Part shown: in pieces, positions 1 to 13,965 of the stretch
How positions within the stretch are numbered: the stretch's first letter is position 1
How the letters are laid out: each line of letters begins with the position of its first letter
Assembly (NCBI RefSeq): GCF_964355755.1
Contig: NC_092670.1
Span: forward strand, 32,166,388-32,230,387
DNA length: 64,000 nt
Origin: Antedon mediterranea
Lineage: Eukaryota; Animalia; Echinodermata
Direction: 5' to 3'
Notes under the pieces: generated by a model
Told to the model about the DNA's origin: nothing
What the model saw: the letters and a program-made list of their open reading frames with translations, nothing else
Databases searched by the model: none
Translations under genes and position numbers: made by a program

Positions 1-927
1 TTCACCTTCGATGAAATAAAGGCTGACTTAAGTGCATTAATATAAGGTTACATACAAAGGTAGGCCTACATTAAGTCGTACAAACTGTTTTTATGTTTTG
101 GGGGTTTAAACGTAAAACATATATTAAATTGCCTAATCCTAAGTTCACAGATGTAATGGGCTTTGTATCTATTTTGCCACATTATCTCACAATAACTGCA
201 TCAAAAATATGATTCATATTTCATAAACTGTACTTTAAATTGATTAAACCGACGCAAAGCGCTCCAAACATCGCTACGCGGTAAAATCAAAATAAGAAAG
301 CGGGAGTTTATATCTACGGTGGCAATTAACTTTCAACCAACCATAAGCAGGTTTTATATCACACAGGCGGGGGAAAACACAATTATTGGAAGGGGTTTTC
401 TAGATGGAACGCTTAAAGGGTAACTACTATACGAGGTGTTTTAAAAAAAGATAAATATAATGTTTGTAACATTGATAATATAACACTATTTATTTTGTCG
501 ACGATGGTGAAGCAGATCAAGTGTTCATAATAAGTGTTTGGCATGAGTGGTGGTGCATGACTGTTTCGTAATGTTATAAGATAGACAAAGATTGACCTTC
601 ATTTATGCTATACATGTTAAAGGTTAAAGGTTAACAAGAATATCAATCAACCATACATTTACAGTAACATTTTTTCAGTAAAAATAGTTACCCACTTTTT
701 AAAATGACTTATTCTGTTTTACTGCTGTAAAAAAAGTGGGGTTATATTAAATATTTGTGGCAAACGTTGACATTTTATAATAAATAATATACCTGGAGCT
801 ACCCCTTAATGAATGATAATAAACAAATCACAGAAACTTGATTTGTAATTTTCTACCAAGATTAGACACTTCACAAATATTTTATTACAAATTTTGCAGT
901 TTCAAAAACACGTTGAAATCCTAGAGT

Positions 928-1869
928 TTAAATATCTCTTATTGTAACAGTGGTGGTATGTTGATTATTATTATTATTTGGTAAAGTTCGAAACATAAGT
1001 TTAAAATCCCGCAACATGTCACAAGCGCCCTCTCTGAACTCTGTTTGGCGCCCCCAATATATGAAAGGGTTTACAGCTGTGTTTATGGCATAAGATGCCC
1101 AGAATGTGTAAACATAATACGATATAAAATCGTTCGAAACATATTTATGTTCACATGATATAACATTTCCAATTTGGAGAAACATGTTTAACCACAAAAC
1201 TGCTACTATTGGTCCAAACACTTTTAACATACGCATGGCAGTGTGAATGTTGTCTTTATTGCGAACAGTTCTGCTAATGACAACAGTCTTTTTAGCGATT
1301 AGAAATATAGGTATGTACATAAAGCAAATTAAAGCCACAATTACCAGTATCACCGACCGTTCAAGATAGCAAAACTTCGGTCGAGCATAATGATCAAAAG
1401 CATTTATTATTGAAAAAATCCATATCAAAATAATATAAAATATTAAAGTTCGTTGGCTTGTGTATCGGGCATGTTTTAATGGAGTCACCACAGCTGAAAA
1501 TCTTTCCAAAGAAACAGCAAATATACTTAAAATGGATGCCATGATAACATAATCAAACATACACCAGACAGCAATTCCAATGATCCCCAACTCTCTATCG
1601 TTCAAAATGTGTTGATAGCCAAAAAACGCGTTCCAGAGAAATCCCCAAAACCCCGCCATACAATCAGCAACCGCTAAGTTAATAACAAAAGTATTATGTT
1701 TTTTGCGTAATTTTCGTTGACTAATCAGCACAACTATAGTAAATAAATTCGCACAGAATCCAATGACATCAATAACAGCGCACATTATGTACACAATGCG
1801 GCAATAAACAAATATATCAAATTCCCAATCAGGTTCTTCTTCTATATAACTTTCGTTAAATTTGATCAT
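928..1869 (-). CDS. Intronless class A (rhodopsin-like) GPCR, orphan
   Basis: 313-aa ORF with seven hydrophobic segments and the family motifs AN (TM1, for GN), NLAVAD (TM2), SLERF (DRY-like, TM3), W in TM4 and NPFIY (NPxxY, TM7). Ligand class not recognisable. Confidence 0.9.
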   Translation of the reverse strand: MIKFNESYIEEEPDWEFDIFVYCRIVYIMCAVIDVIGFCANLFTIVVLISQRKLRKKHNTFVINLAVADCMAGFWGFLWNAFFGYQHILNDRELGIIGIAVWCMFDYVIMASILSIFAVSLERFSAVVTPLKHARYTSQRTLIFYIILIWIFSIINAFDHYARPKFCYLERSVILVIVALICFMYIPIFLIAKKTVVISRTVRNKDNIHTAMRMLKVFGPIVAVLWLNMFLQIGNVISCEHKYVSNDFISYYVYTFWASYAINTAVNPFIYWGRQTEFREGACDMLRDFKLMFRTLPNNNNNQHTTTVTIRDI

Positions 1870-3640
1870 TTTTTATAACTCCAATTATTATTCGACACAA
1901 TAGAAAAGACACCTATAATACTGCATATGAATTGGCTGACTTTACACTGTAAAAAACATGTATATCCAATGTAGAAGACGTCTGGGACCGTCCATGATTT
2001 CAACCCAATTACCGGTCTAGGAGCCCGTCGGCCTTAGAAATGAAATCGCGTACAAAGAAAGACAATTCATGTGACGTTTACGCTAACAATGATGCATCTC
2101 TGTATTTCTGGAATTTTGCGGTTGAGTTGGCGTTTCAAATACACGAATAGTCTACTACTGAACACGATTATAACGAGTTGTATGTAGAACAGATATAGAT
2201 AAACGTACGCATCCTATAATTATTATCACCAAGGTTCTATTCACGGTCTGTAGTTGATTTCCAACGTAATCTCTGTAAAGTATCTCTGGATTTGAATTTT
2301 AAAATAGAATATCCGGTTTATATCCAAACTACATTCAAATCGAATATATGGCTGTCATACATTTATAATCTATTTTTATAAGATTCGATGACAATAAATT
2401 GGATTTCCGTCTGCTGTCGAGTCAGCATTGTAACCTATCCAATTTCTGTGAACAACACGATTCGAAATGTAGGCTATGTTTTATAACATCAACTGCTTTA
2501 TGTTAACTGAGCCTAGGCCTACAATTGAACTTTTTAACTGCATTGTTGTTTATTCAAGCTTGTCACATTACAATAGTTTTACGATCAAAACTACTTCTTT
2601 TATTTTTTAGCTACCAAATAAACATTCAAAATGCTTAACATCAGAATCGTGATTTTTTCCATGTATCTGAACAATTATAATTATTACTAATAATGTCGGC
2701 GCTTCAAAGATTATTCTAAATGATATCGCCCTGAAATGGGATAAACAAAACATAATTCCGAGATTCCAATTTGGTAACAATCTCTACTATAATCAGATTG
2801 TTATTTTAACGTATTAATCTAAATTTTGAATACAGAGAATCATTCGATGAAAACGATGTAGTGACGTTAATCGGCCTACTCAATAAATGACCGATTGCTT
2901 TCTAATTTTTTCAGCAAAACTTGTTTAAAAAAACCGTGACTAATCATTTATAGTGAATCATTTATGAAAATCAAGAAATGACAAATGAATGTCAATTTGC
3001 CAACTCTGTTTTATCAATAATCAAGCAATTTATGCAATTATGCAACAATTATAAAAACACTCCGTAAACCTTAGATATCAACATCATGTTATCAACCTAG
3101 CGACCTCTAGACAGCTTCCAAGCAGTTATTTTGGAGAAAAAAATTACATTCTAAAATAATTATTGAGTGTGGGGCGAAACTCCAAGAGTCAGTGAAATTC
3201 GTGTTTAGTAACGATGTTGGTCAGTGATTCATATATCATTTAGTATTTACAATTTGGTTGTTACAATAGCATGACGTCATGTATCATCCGTTCTCCTGTA
3301 CACGTAACGGGACCCAGTAGACAATTGTGTCATTCTAACTAGCGCCATCACAGTAAGTAAATATTAAATAATAGAAATACAAAATTATCAATCATATAAT
3401 TATCTCATAAACTTTATTGATATCAATTAAAATACTAAAATACATTTACTTATATAAGAATTTCACATAAAAATATAACTATACAAATATTCAAAATAAA
3501 ATAACTATAATATGTGCAATTACAAAATGTGAAATGTTCAAGAAACGACTGTTTACAAACGATAAAACTAGTTACTAATACGTTACTATAATATTTCAAT
3601 CAAACTAGCAAACTTTGAATTTTAAATTCATATATTATAA

Positions 3641-6600
3641 TTATGCACAGAGATCTACAGTTACTACGGCTCCCCAAGTACTTCCACACGCAGGGGTTGA
3701 TTTATGGAGTCTCCAACAATTATCTGGCACTTGATATTCCAAAACGTACATTAGTCTATCTTGATAAGGTGTAAACTTTACAGTACCCCCTATCACGAAA
3801 ATGGAAGTTCCAACAACTGTACACTTGACTTTGGTAAGAGGAACAGGAAGTGACGTAGCAAATTTCCAATTACAGTTCTTGACATCTTCAGTTGTAGAGC
3901 ACTTTGAAATATCCAGATATTCTACACTGTTTAGTATGGCTCCTAAACAAAATTAAAATAAGAGCATCTATATTTTTGTTTATCTGCAGTGTATCAATCT
4001 CTATTTCGTCGTAGTTTTATTTTATTTTTATTTGCGATCTTAAAGATGTATTGTTCCCCTAAAAAATTGTAATATGCCATTTACACATAATAGTTATTCA
4101 TTTTGACCAAAAATTGGATGGAAACAAAATTATTTACCTGAAAAAGGGTAATTTAAAGAAAAAAAAGTCTAATTAACTGCCAGACACCGGGTTTTTGGTT
4201 GAATTTAACAATTTATTTTGTCATTTTAGAAATGAAAACATTTGTTTTCGTTTTTTTCAACGAAAGTGATTATGTTTATTAAAACTACAAAATAATATTT
4301 AAAGTCTGATTTAATTAATCTTCATTTTTCATGTTTTTGTGGGGCAATACATTATGCCAAAAAACATTTTAAGAAGTTTAATAAGAAAATGTATTCGTAC
4401 ACCTTTTCGTCCAGAACACTTTCCATTGAGGAAGCTGCTTTCAAAAATTGGACAAACTCAATGAATGTGGATTTAACAAATTAAAATCAATAACAAAAAC
4501 CATACAATGACATGACCGTGTGGCCTATAATTTACCCATGAGCCCAACAAGACAGTTGATTATACACACTAAAAAAAAAAGGTGCAAATCTCTACCTAAA
4601 AAGGTGCAAACCGATGCAACAATAGCAGCTCCCTTTAAGGTGCACAACTGCACCTTTGACGGAAGGTGCAATTTTGAACCCTGATAAAGGGTGCTATAAT
4701 GCTCCTTTGGAGTTCACATTTGCACCATATAAGGTGTAATTTTCTACCCTAAAAGGTGCAAACTAAATGCAACAATAGCAGCTCCCCAAAGGAGCAAAAT
4801 TCAACCTCTAAATAAAGGTGCAACTTTACACCCTAATAAAAGGTTCAATAATGCTCCTCTAAGATTCAAATTTCTGTTAAAAAGGTGCACAAATAAAAAT
4901 CACTAAAATACAAAAAATATTGATTAAGCTTTGTATAATTTTATTCAACTTTAAAACATTACATTATTCAATTCAACTGCTGAATTAATGGATGGCAATT
5001 ACCAGTCTCTGCACCTTAAATAGAGTGTGGCCATCTCTTCTCAAACCAACAATAGGCCTATTGTTAAAATTATCTAATGATGACATCTTTGGCAGTATTC
5101 TCTTCTTATCCCCATATATCTGAAACAGTGTTCTTGATGTCTGGTTCACCTTTTCCGAACATTTTCACCTGATTATGTACTTTCCTAAAAAGCATGAAAT
5201 AGGAAGGGAAACTATTATATTAATATTATCATTAATATGACAACATCATACAATACATTATTGACATTGTTCTGATTTTTAAAGTCAAATTACCTTGACC
5301 ACATGCTTCACATACTTTAAAGTATGTTCCTCTCCCTTTCCTCAGCTCGTAGTATAGTAGGCCCTGTATACTAGAGTATTACAGTACATGTGGTCACATT
5401 TCTTTCTCCTTTTCTGAACATCTTTATTGCTGCTGATTAGAGCAGAGGTGCTCTTTCATGTTTTAAACTTATTTTATCCCTCCATGACATCATGTAGGCT
5501 GTAACTATAATTAAAAATAATGATAATGTGTATAAGAATTTAATATAGGCCTAGGCCTAATAATACCCAGCTACTGTAATAACTAATATTAATAATTAGG
5601 CCCCTGGCCTGCCTAGCTAGGCCTATTATTAATTATAGGCCTAGCCGGCTAGCTAGGCCTAGGACTGCTTTTAATTAAGTTTAAGGTCTAGGCCTGGGCC
5701 TAGTAGGCCGCCGCCTACCTAGTAAATAACCTAGGCATAGCTAGCCTATTATGCCTAACCTACTAGCTAGACCCAGGTAAGTAGGCTAGGCCTGGTCTAG
5801 CCCCCGCCCGAAAGGCTACTGTAGGCTAAGTAGGCCTCTAGACTGCCTACTTTAGGCTTAACCTAGCCTAGCTAGGCCTAATAGAGGCCGCATAGATAGG
5901 CTAGGTAGGATCGGAGGCCTCTAGCTAGCCTTATTTATTTATTTATTTAGCTAGGCCTATCATTTTTAAGTTTTATTTAGGCCTAGGCCTAGCCTAGGCT
6001 TATAGGCCTGGCCCTACTAGCCTAGGCCCTATACAATAATTAATCTAATAAAAACAACCAAACTACATTCCTATAAAGCTTCGTTACTTACTTTTAACAG
6101 CTATCCTACACTGGAGAGGTGTGGGAGCTAGGCCTAGGCCTAGTTTAATTTTATAGCCTGATTTTTTTGGGCGCAAACTCCTCAATTCAAACTGCATGTT
6201 TAACAACCGCACGCGCTTAAAATTATTGTTCAATTCCTGTTTCAAATAAATTTAGAACAGATGCCTACATTATGATATTAGATATTCTAATAATATTGTT
6301 AAATATGAAAGAAAAGTTTACTTATTCTAGACTTAAGCAAACCAGAGTAAATAACCTCTGAAATTCAATATTTTAACAATTGTTTACAGACATCTTGCGT
6401 GCGCATACGGTACGAAACTTGTACAAAAATTGTACAAAAAGGTGCTATTATGCACCTTTTAACTGATGTTAAACCTTATAGGGTGCCCAGTTGAACCTTT
6501 GAATTTATCATGTTAAAGGTATTTAATTTTCAGTTACAAGCCAGCGACTTTCTAATGTTCCGTAAAAAAAAGATTTGTTCGAATTCCGATAGCTGTCCCC

Positions 6601-9600
6601 ACCACAAACCTATCTATATTATTATTAATCTTTCTTATTTTTGTTTTAACTTACCACAATAATGTCATTCTAAAAAAAATGTTCTTATCATCACCTTTTA
6701 AGCTTTTAGAAGCCCTAAGTTAAACATATCAAGAAGCGTTCATTAATCTAATAGGTCTTATTTGTCACACAGTCACCATGGCCTACTTGGGCCTTTGCGG
6801 TGCAGTTCTGCACCTTTTTATACTTGTCTGCATTTTTCGATATAAAAGGTGCAAAAATAAACCTTTTATGAACTCTGCACCATTTTATGAGAAAAAGGCG
6901 CAAATTAGCACCCTTTTATAGGTTTGCACCTTTTATTGCACCTTTAGTTTTAAGTGTGTAGATAGTTTGGTAGGTGGCAGCAGATGCGCCATCAGCTTTA
7001 TCATTTTACAATAGTAGATAGAGATTAAGTCTACATATATTGAACTTACCATCTCTATCTTGTCCACCAATAGCAAATACCTTTCCATCTACAGCTGCAA
7101 GTCCTAGATCTATTCTACCAAAATGTAATCCGGACAACAAATGCCATCTAAAATATTTGAGTAGAGAAAATGTACTTTCACAACCCGAATCATACTTAAG
7201 CGCATACTATGAAATCGATAATTAGCGTAAAATAGTTGAATAGTTGATTCTTGAATATAAACTAACACTATTTGTGAAATTACAAATCGCTGGAATTGCT
7301 ATTCTTACACGCGTTAGAAAACTTTGGCCAGCACTACAATAATAATACCTTATGCGTACATAAGTATTACTAGGCCTATACACGAATGTTCAATGTGAAA
7401 CTTTGTAAGACTATACAGTAAAGCCAAAACGTACGTCATTTTTTATTCAGGCCATTGTTAGTAAGGAAACTATGTAGCCTAATCGACTGTTTTAGAAAAT
7501 CGAACTGATATTATTATACTGTAAGACTAATAATTGTAATTTACTCCATTTTACTCTTTTAGAAACGGATCCATTTTGCTGCCTTAGCAACAGGGTGTAC
7601 ACAATACACCCAACCATAGCATAAGCATAAGCACTTTCATTAAAACTATAATATTTAATAATGGGTAGCCCTCTTCCAAATTACAGGAACTATTTGAAAT
7701 GAGAAATTCAGAGCTCTTTAATTTACTTGAAAAACATATGTTTTTACCTGCCAGTTGGTACTGGGTTTGCCACCATTACTTCACACTCATATAGTGGACC
7801 GTGTTCATGATTGGTTGAGATGTAGCCACCACATGCCATCACAAACCCATTGGTATACACTAGTCCGTGACGATGGCGTGATTTATTCATCTGTGCAATT
7901 TCCAATCTAGTATTTGTTCTTAGATCATAATACTCGCAATTACGAATTGTTTTTCTACCTGTAAAAAATTAAACCAGTTTATTACGGTTTGATGGATGTT
8001 AACATTTCATTAAACTACATAACATTTCTGTAAACAAATTGAATTCATTTGAATAACACTATGAAATGGTTACCTTCGTCTCTGGATCCTCCGGAGACAA
8101 CTAACTGTTCCTCCACTGTGCATGCTGCTACAGAATCTCTTGGTGGGCTTAGCTTTAAGAGACCAGTGGTCAATCGCATAGTAGAGAAATCAAACATATC
8201 TATATCTGTAGGCCTAGAACTTGATGAAACATCTCCAAAAATGTACACACGACTTGAGACACTTGTCGCCGTGAATCGAACTCGTTCCAACTTTTTAAGT
8301 TTTGCATCGGCCCAGATAAGTTTCACGGGATCGAACAACTTGTGTTTAAAGTTTTGATGTCCAGATAAAAAGGCCACTTGAATGTTCGACTTCTTGATGC
8401 GAGGCTTTACAGGGTCCTTAAGTGGAATGTTACTTGCGGTATCTCTGTTTGGACCAAGCGTTTGGTACCAAATTGCCTCTAAAGTTATAAAAAATACAAT
8501 ACAATTACTAATTACTAATGACTCGTTGACTTTTCTCTCCTTTTGAATGCGTTTAATATTTGGATATTTCATTTAGACTTACAAAAACAAAAAAGTTGAT
8601 AGTACGGTAACCTTTTTGGCATCAGTACCAATCCAAATCGCCGGGTATATCGATTTGTAGGCATTGATCGTTACGCTCTGCTGCTGCTTGTTATCGGTGC
8701 AGTGTCTGTGACTTATGAAAGACTAAATGTTTTGGGTTTATTAAAAAAAAAATACAAGTTGAGCCTACCGAATATCTTTTTGACGCAATTTTTTTCAACA
8801 ATTATGTCTTCGTCTTGACAAACATTGTGGAGAGTGGCGCTTGAAAGATACGGAGTTCTTAAAGCCAAGAATACGGATGGTTTATCAACATCGCGAACTG
8901 CTGAATCCTGAAGCCACCACCTTTCTGCTGCTCTATACACCTGAAAGATTCAATACACTTGGTATTTCACTTGAATTATGTAGAAACTACAAAGAAAAAA
9001 CGTAATAATTGGTGAAACATAAGCAATTATCAGCGTATTTAAACAAAATATTACTGAAGTAACAAGAGGCATAATTACAATAGATTTCCTTGAATTTAGT
9101 AAAGGCCGTTATTATTGTATTACTTTTAATCTATTTTTGCATTGGATAACTTTCTAAACAAACACTTTTGACATTAAACATTACCTCATCTTCGTTGCGG
9201 ACCATAATGCCATCTTTTCCCAACAACTCAAGCAACACTTCAAGTGACAGCTGCATAAACTCCTCAGTTTTGGACACATCGATGAAAGATTCACATATCA
9301 TTGTTTCAGATTCAGTTCTAAGACTTTCACAGTTTAGAAAACTGGAAAGTTTCCAGATTCCAAGGCAGTTCGATATAGAAAGTTCATTGGAAAGTATACA
9401 AACACAACTTTGTATGACATCATCTATTTGAAAGTAGTGGGCAGCGGTCAGTACTTCTTGAACGTTCGACGGGTGAATATCCAATTCACCAGTATATGCA
9501 AAATTGATTATGATACCTACGGCGGCCGGAGTTACATAGTTCGAAAGCTGAATAGTTTTGGATGACGATTCAGTCATTGTAGAATTAAACATGACACGAA

Positions 9601-9784
9601 AAAACTCGCTACATGCCGACATTACGAGTCTGTGTACGTGAAATGTCTCGTTTTGTACTAAGATTGTCACGTCACATAATTCTGTATTTTGACGCATTTT
9701 GTTGATTGTAGTAAGAGATCCTAACCGTCGTCTAGACACAGTATTAGGACTGTTAGTCTTGTTTGTTTCGATATTCCCATTCAT
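3641..9784 (-). CDS. Kelch-like protein (BTB-BACK-Kelch), 6 coding exons, about 595 aa
   Basis: Exons traced by hand with GT-AG boundaries and consistent phases: 9185-9784, 8769-8940, 8074-8478, 7748-7958, 7050-7147, 3641-3942 (1788 nt). BTB (LCDVTILV..FHVHRLVMSACSEFF), BACK (SNCLGI..EEFMQLS..EDEVYRAAERW) and kelch repeats (VVSGG, VMACGG, VFAIGG, IFVIGG). An acceptor at 9794-9795 suggests an upstream non-coding exon. Confidence 0.88.
4044..4352. mobile_element. Degraded non-autonomous DNA element related to the TTAA-flanked MITEs at 36614 and 45511
   Basis: Starts ttaa|AGATGTATTGTTCCC and ends GGGGCAATACAT (imperfect inverted match). Same terminus as the 36614-37151 element. Confidence 0.55.
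4565..6958. mobile_element. Non-autonomous DNA transposon, EnSpm/CACTA-like, in the last kelch intron
   Basis: ta|CACACTAAAAAAAAAAAGGTGCAA at the left end and TTGCACCTTTAGTTTTAAGTGTG|ta at the right. Many AAAGGTGCA subterminal repeats, direct at 4578-4890 and mostly inverted at 6440-6945. No transposase ORF. Confidence 0.75.
5545..6142. repeat. Low-complexity tract of TAGGCCTA/CTAG/TAGCTA palindromes
   Basis: Dense irregular array of these short palindromes inside the 4565-6958 element. Confidence 0.8.
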
Positions 9785-11024
9785 ACTGTATCTCTGAAAA
9801 ATAATTTGTAAAAACCAATGTTCTATTCTTTTTACGATTTTCCGCACGATGGTGGTTAGGTGCTTTAATTGAATATATATCATATAATAAAAAAAACCAT
9901 TAATTGCTAAAAACCGACACTATTTGTCTTTTTTTTTATAAACGGAACAATATTGTAAACCGCCATTTTACAACGGAAGTTTACCGGTTAAATAGTAGAA
10001 CTGCATGGAATGTTTCTACATTAGGATTTGCTCTATAATAATATATTGCATATTCGCCAGTCTTCCTCCGTGTTTGTATTTCAAATACTAGGTAGCAAAA
10101 TATAGGTCTGAATACAGTACACAAACTCCCACTACTACTAATACTAACCTACTTAATATCTTTTTCCTCATTTTACAAAGAAATGAAAGCGTAGACAAAA
10201 CCTAGATTAGTTACCCTACCTTTTGTACAACTGTGACTCGACAAGTACTTTTTCCAGACCTTCCTGCTGTAAGCCGTAGATCTAATGTAATCAGGTTTCT
10301 AACAGGCTGTCTATTCTCTAACAAACGTGCCGTATGCAAATTCTGATTACACGTGGTGAAGATATGCTAATTTAAATATCATGAATAACAATACTTCTCT
10401 GAGCTATTTAAGTAACGAATGAATACTGTACATTGTTTTAAATTTATCAATTTATTTAGTTTGAGTTTATTGTTTTTAATTTATCTTTGTCTTCGATTTT
10501 AAAATTAGCAATTACTTTACAAAATTAATGTTGGAATCAATTAATTGATTCCAATCACTTTCCACAGAACTTTTATTGGTTAATTTTTTATTTTGTACAT
10601 GTCGGTTAATTTATCGGATAATTATCGGTTATTTTTTGTTGCGGAAACATGGCCTATTAAATAAGTATTTCTTTTTCCCGAAAATACTTTCTTTTGTAAC
10701 AAAATATCAATTTTATATAAATTAGTGGTTTTGTTCATAAGATTGATAATGCTTTATGTTGTATAACAAACGGTTTTCTTGTGAAATATTATAGGCATTA
10801 TACTAATTACTGTATGACATAATAACTCATAATTCATTAAATCGATGTACACAAATATGTATATGTATTTTTTCAGATGTAACGATAATAATCTTTTAAT
10901 TGTTATCTTTATTACTGAGGTAATAGTGATGATAACTTAATACATTTAATTCTTAAATCATATTTCAAATTTTGAATCTATTATGCATCATACTTTAAAA
11001 AAAAAACTTTATCCATATAATTTA

Positions 11025-11175
11025 TTTACCTCCGCCAAGGAGGTATATGTAATCGGTAGCGTGTGTTTGTTACTTGGCCAAATTGAAAATTGGCCAAGTA
11101 TGTTGATCTGTTTGGTTTGTGTGTTTGTTTGTTTGTTTGTTTGTTTGTTTGTTAGCAGGATTACTCAAAAAGTAA
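11025..11175 (+). mobile_element. Truncated Helentron/HINE-like repeat end
   Basis: TACCTCCGCCAAGGAGGTA hairpin followed by a (GTTT)n microsatellite and AGCAGGATTACTCAAAAAGT. It abuts the surviving 5' end of receptor pseudogene A. Family assignment is from recalled architecture only. Confidence 0.5.
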
Positions 11176-11438
11176 TTACAAGATCTTTACCATTATATTT
11201 TGATATTGTAATTAAAGGTTACAAGCAGGGAAACGGTATGCTTTTTTATTGTATTTCAGAATAAAGAGTCTTTAATAGTTACTTATTTTTAAATACCTGT
11301 TACACAAAGATCATAAAAGATGACCCTACTATAATTATTACTAGTGGAAATCAATTCTATGCACAGATACGTCAATGGTGAACATTGTTTTATATGTCAA
11401 GGTAGCTGTAAATCTGATATTAAGGAAAATTAATACTG

Positions 11439-12899
11439 GGGCGGATTGCTATAAAACAGTCTTAACTAATGGTCTTAACTCCCCGATTAAAGCCGGCTTT
11501 ATCTGATAGACGGTCTTACTAAAGCCACCCCTGTTAGACCATTGCTATAAAACAGTCTGACGCCCGTATTCTTAAACCGGACTTTAGTCGTAGTTCGAAG
11601 TTCGACTTGGAAAAGTCGTAGTTCGAGCTATTACTTCAAATTCGATTCAAAAACGAAGTAGTCGAAGTTTGCAGTTCGACTTAATGAAGTCGAGCTTTTA
11701 GTCGAGTTTCACACGTCTGGGTACTAAAGGCTATACATTGGCCAATGACAAGAGAGTATTTGTGGAGCAGACGAAATTTTGCGCATTGATATCACTTTCC
11801 ATTTTCTTACAAAACTTTTTACGCATCAGGACTATACACAAGAAAAATAATTTTAATCGTTAATTATTAGAACAAGATCAGTATTAATTTAACAGTGAAG
11901 TACTTTTGGTTAACAACAAACAAAATCTACAAAATATATTTAGGAACCATGGCGGTACGGTAACTTTTATATTTTCTAGGCCCCCAACAAAGTATGATCG
12001 CGACGAACCACGCACTTCATAGCGTGACAAGAAAGCGCTAGGCCCCCTAAACCTTCCATCGCGTGGTGAATTGCCGCATCTCCCATTGTCGCTATGGCGT
12101 GACGTAGCTCAAGTCGGACTTGCGCGAAGAAAATAATGTAATTTGTATACAGTTGTAAATAAAGATGATTTTCATTATTATAATTTATACCAATGTATAT
12201 TTAATTAAGCTAATATAAATATAGATATTTCATTCTTCAATATCTGGCCAATATAACAACTCAATGACTGTTACGTTTTTTATAAACATCGTTTAAAAAC
12301 CATTTAGTCGACCATTTAGTCCGCCCCCTCCAGGACTAAAAAAATCGATCAAAATCCGTCTCGATTTAGTCAAGGTTGGCCTGATTTAGTCGGTGATTTA
12401 GTTGAAGTTCGGTTTATGAATTAAAATGACGTCATTTTTTTAGTTTTAGCTTGAACTACGACTAAAGTCCGGTTTAAGAATACGGGCGTTAGATAAGACC
12501 GCGTAAAGTAACAAATTGAGGGCGTACTTTGCGCGTAGAATACCAAATAAGGTAATGTTCGTCACGCTTGTTCAATTCACAATCATAACAGTACGTACAT
12601 TTCTACGCAAGAAAATCTATTCTAGGGCTATATAAGAATAAAATCACCGTTATTATTTGATTTAACACTTAAAACTCGTTCTATTGGTTGTCTTTGACGA
12701 TAAATAATACGTAAAAGCAACAAAAAGAGAGGTTTAAGACTGTTTTAAGACTCCTTCGAGTAGGCTTTAATTTTAAAGACCGTTTACAGGTTAGACCGCG
12801 GTATAGCAATTGTCTATAATGTAAGACTACTTGCTACGTCACGAATTATAGCCGGCTAAGCGCTAAGACCGGCTATAGACCGCTTATAGCAATCCGCTC
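11439..12899. mobile_element. PIF/Harbinger-like non-autonomous transposon inserted in paralogue A
   Basis: TIRs GGGCGGATTGCTATAA / TTATAGCAATCCGCTC with a CTG target duplication (11436-11438, 12900-12902). Removing it restores TAC TGG AGT TTA AAT (YWSLN), matching YWTLNG of the intact paralogues. Confidence 0.85.
11561..12488. mobile_element. Nested MITE with perfect 36-bp TIRs
   Basis: CGCCCGTATTCTTAAACCGGACTTTAGTCGTAGTTC at 11561-11596 and its exact reverse complement at 12453-12488. Flanks TGA/TTA (imperfect 3-bp TSD). Confidence 0.85.
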
Positions 12900-13851
12900 C
12901 TGGAGTTTAAATGAACAACTACACGATGGGTATAATGACCATGAGAAAGGCTTCAAGAATTTATCAGCTGGTGATTACGTGGTCAAGTGTCTGGCGGTGA
13001 GTACTCAAAACATGTCTAAATAGATAGAGTTTACTGTCCATAATGTATTGCCAACTGAAACAAGTAACAGTAAAGATGATTATTACAAATTACTAACTAT
13101 AATAATGACGTCAACAACGGTCAGCCTATTGGTAGTCGTTTTGATTATCATCTATCTATTCAAGCAGTCAAAAATTGCCATGACAATTCAACATTCAACC
13201 TCGGGAAATCAACAAACAGAACACGACGACATCAATATCAAAGATAGCGAAGAACCTTCCAATATTAAAAAGCAATCAGAAGAGGTAGATACATTTAGCA
13301 TAAAAGATGCTGACGAGAAAGCTTTAACAAGCAAACAATTGGAAGTGTGTGTAATGTGTAAATCTATGAACACAGATAGAAATGTAGAACAAGATGAAGA
13401 CGAATATTATACCATTATATATGATGACATTTCACCTCCCAAACCAACCCGAAAAGTGAAATGTTTTGGCAATTTCACCAATGAATCTAAAAACAAGTGA
13501 TTGACCAAAACCAGAGGATGCAGTTCGAGATGGAACATGAAACAAGTGAATTTAACCAAAAACTAGAAGACACAGTAGATGACTACATGCAGCAGGTTGA
13601 AACAACACAGATATACATGAATAGAATGTACGGTACTACTAGTGTTGACGACTACTTAGATCTTAAGTGAGAATACAGAACTACTGAACATTAATATGCA
13701 GTTTAGTAATTATTCGATGAATTACTGTTTACACTGAAATTAAACGCATGCTACTTTTTTTTTTTATGTTTTTAATCTATTAGTATAACTATCCAGCTTA
13801 TAACTTTATTTTGTTCCCAACCGTTCAAATGTAATGGACACTATTCTTGAG

Positions 13852-13965
13852 TTTTTTAGTCGCGTGGACGCGACTCTATAGTTCACTATGTCGGTCGGTC
13901 GGTCTGGCTGTCGGTCCGGTATCACTATGGGTTTTAGCACGCGACTTATGGCTGTTGGCCTTGTT
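13852..13965 (+). mobile_element. Short DINE-1/HINE-like element
   Basis: TTTTAGTCGCGTGGACGCGACT hairpin, (GTCG)n microsatellite, inverted copy CACGCGACT and terminal GGCCTTGTT. Confidence 0.55.

Larger units (their letters stand above)
11185..13670 (+). pseudogene. Receptor paralogue A (5'-truncated, in-frame stops, split by transposons)
   Basis: KGYKQGNGMLFYCISE* (ends 11264), GEHCFICQ, N*YW|SLNEQL across the insertion, GDYVVKCL, TM segment and tail (ORF 13048-13500), then frameshifted EDTVDDYMQ...DDYLDLK* ending 13670. Homologous to B-G with a DGYLEI-class tail. Confidence 0.85.

Noticed and set aside
8600-8712. Possible extra kelch exon
   Set aside because: The acceptors I tried give in-frame stops in the required phase, whereas 8769 splices in frame directly to 8478.
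10983-11264. 93-aa ORF with a hydrophobic stretch
   Set aside because: A fusion of a (GTTT)n repeat element with a fragment of pseudogene A.
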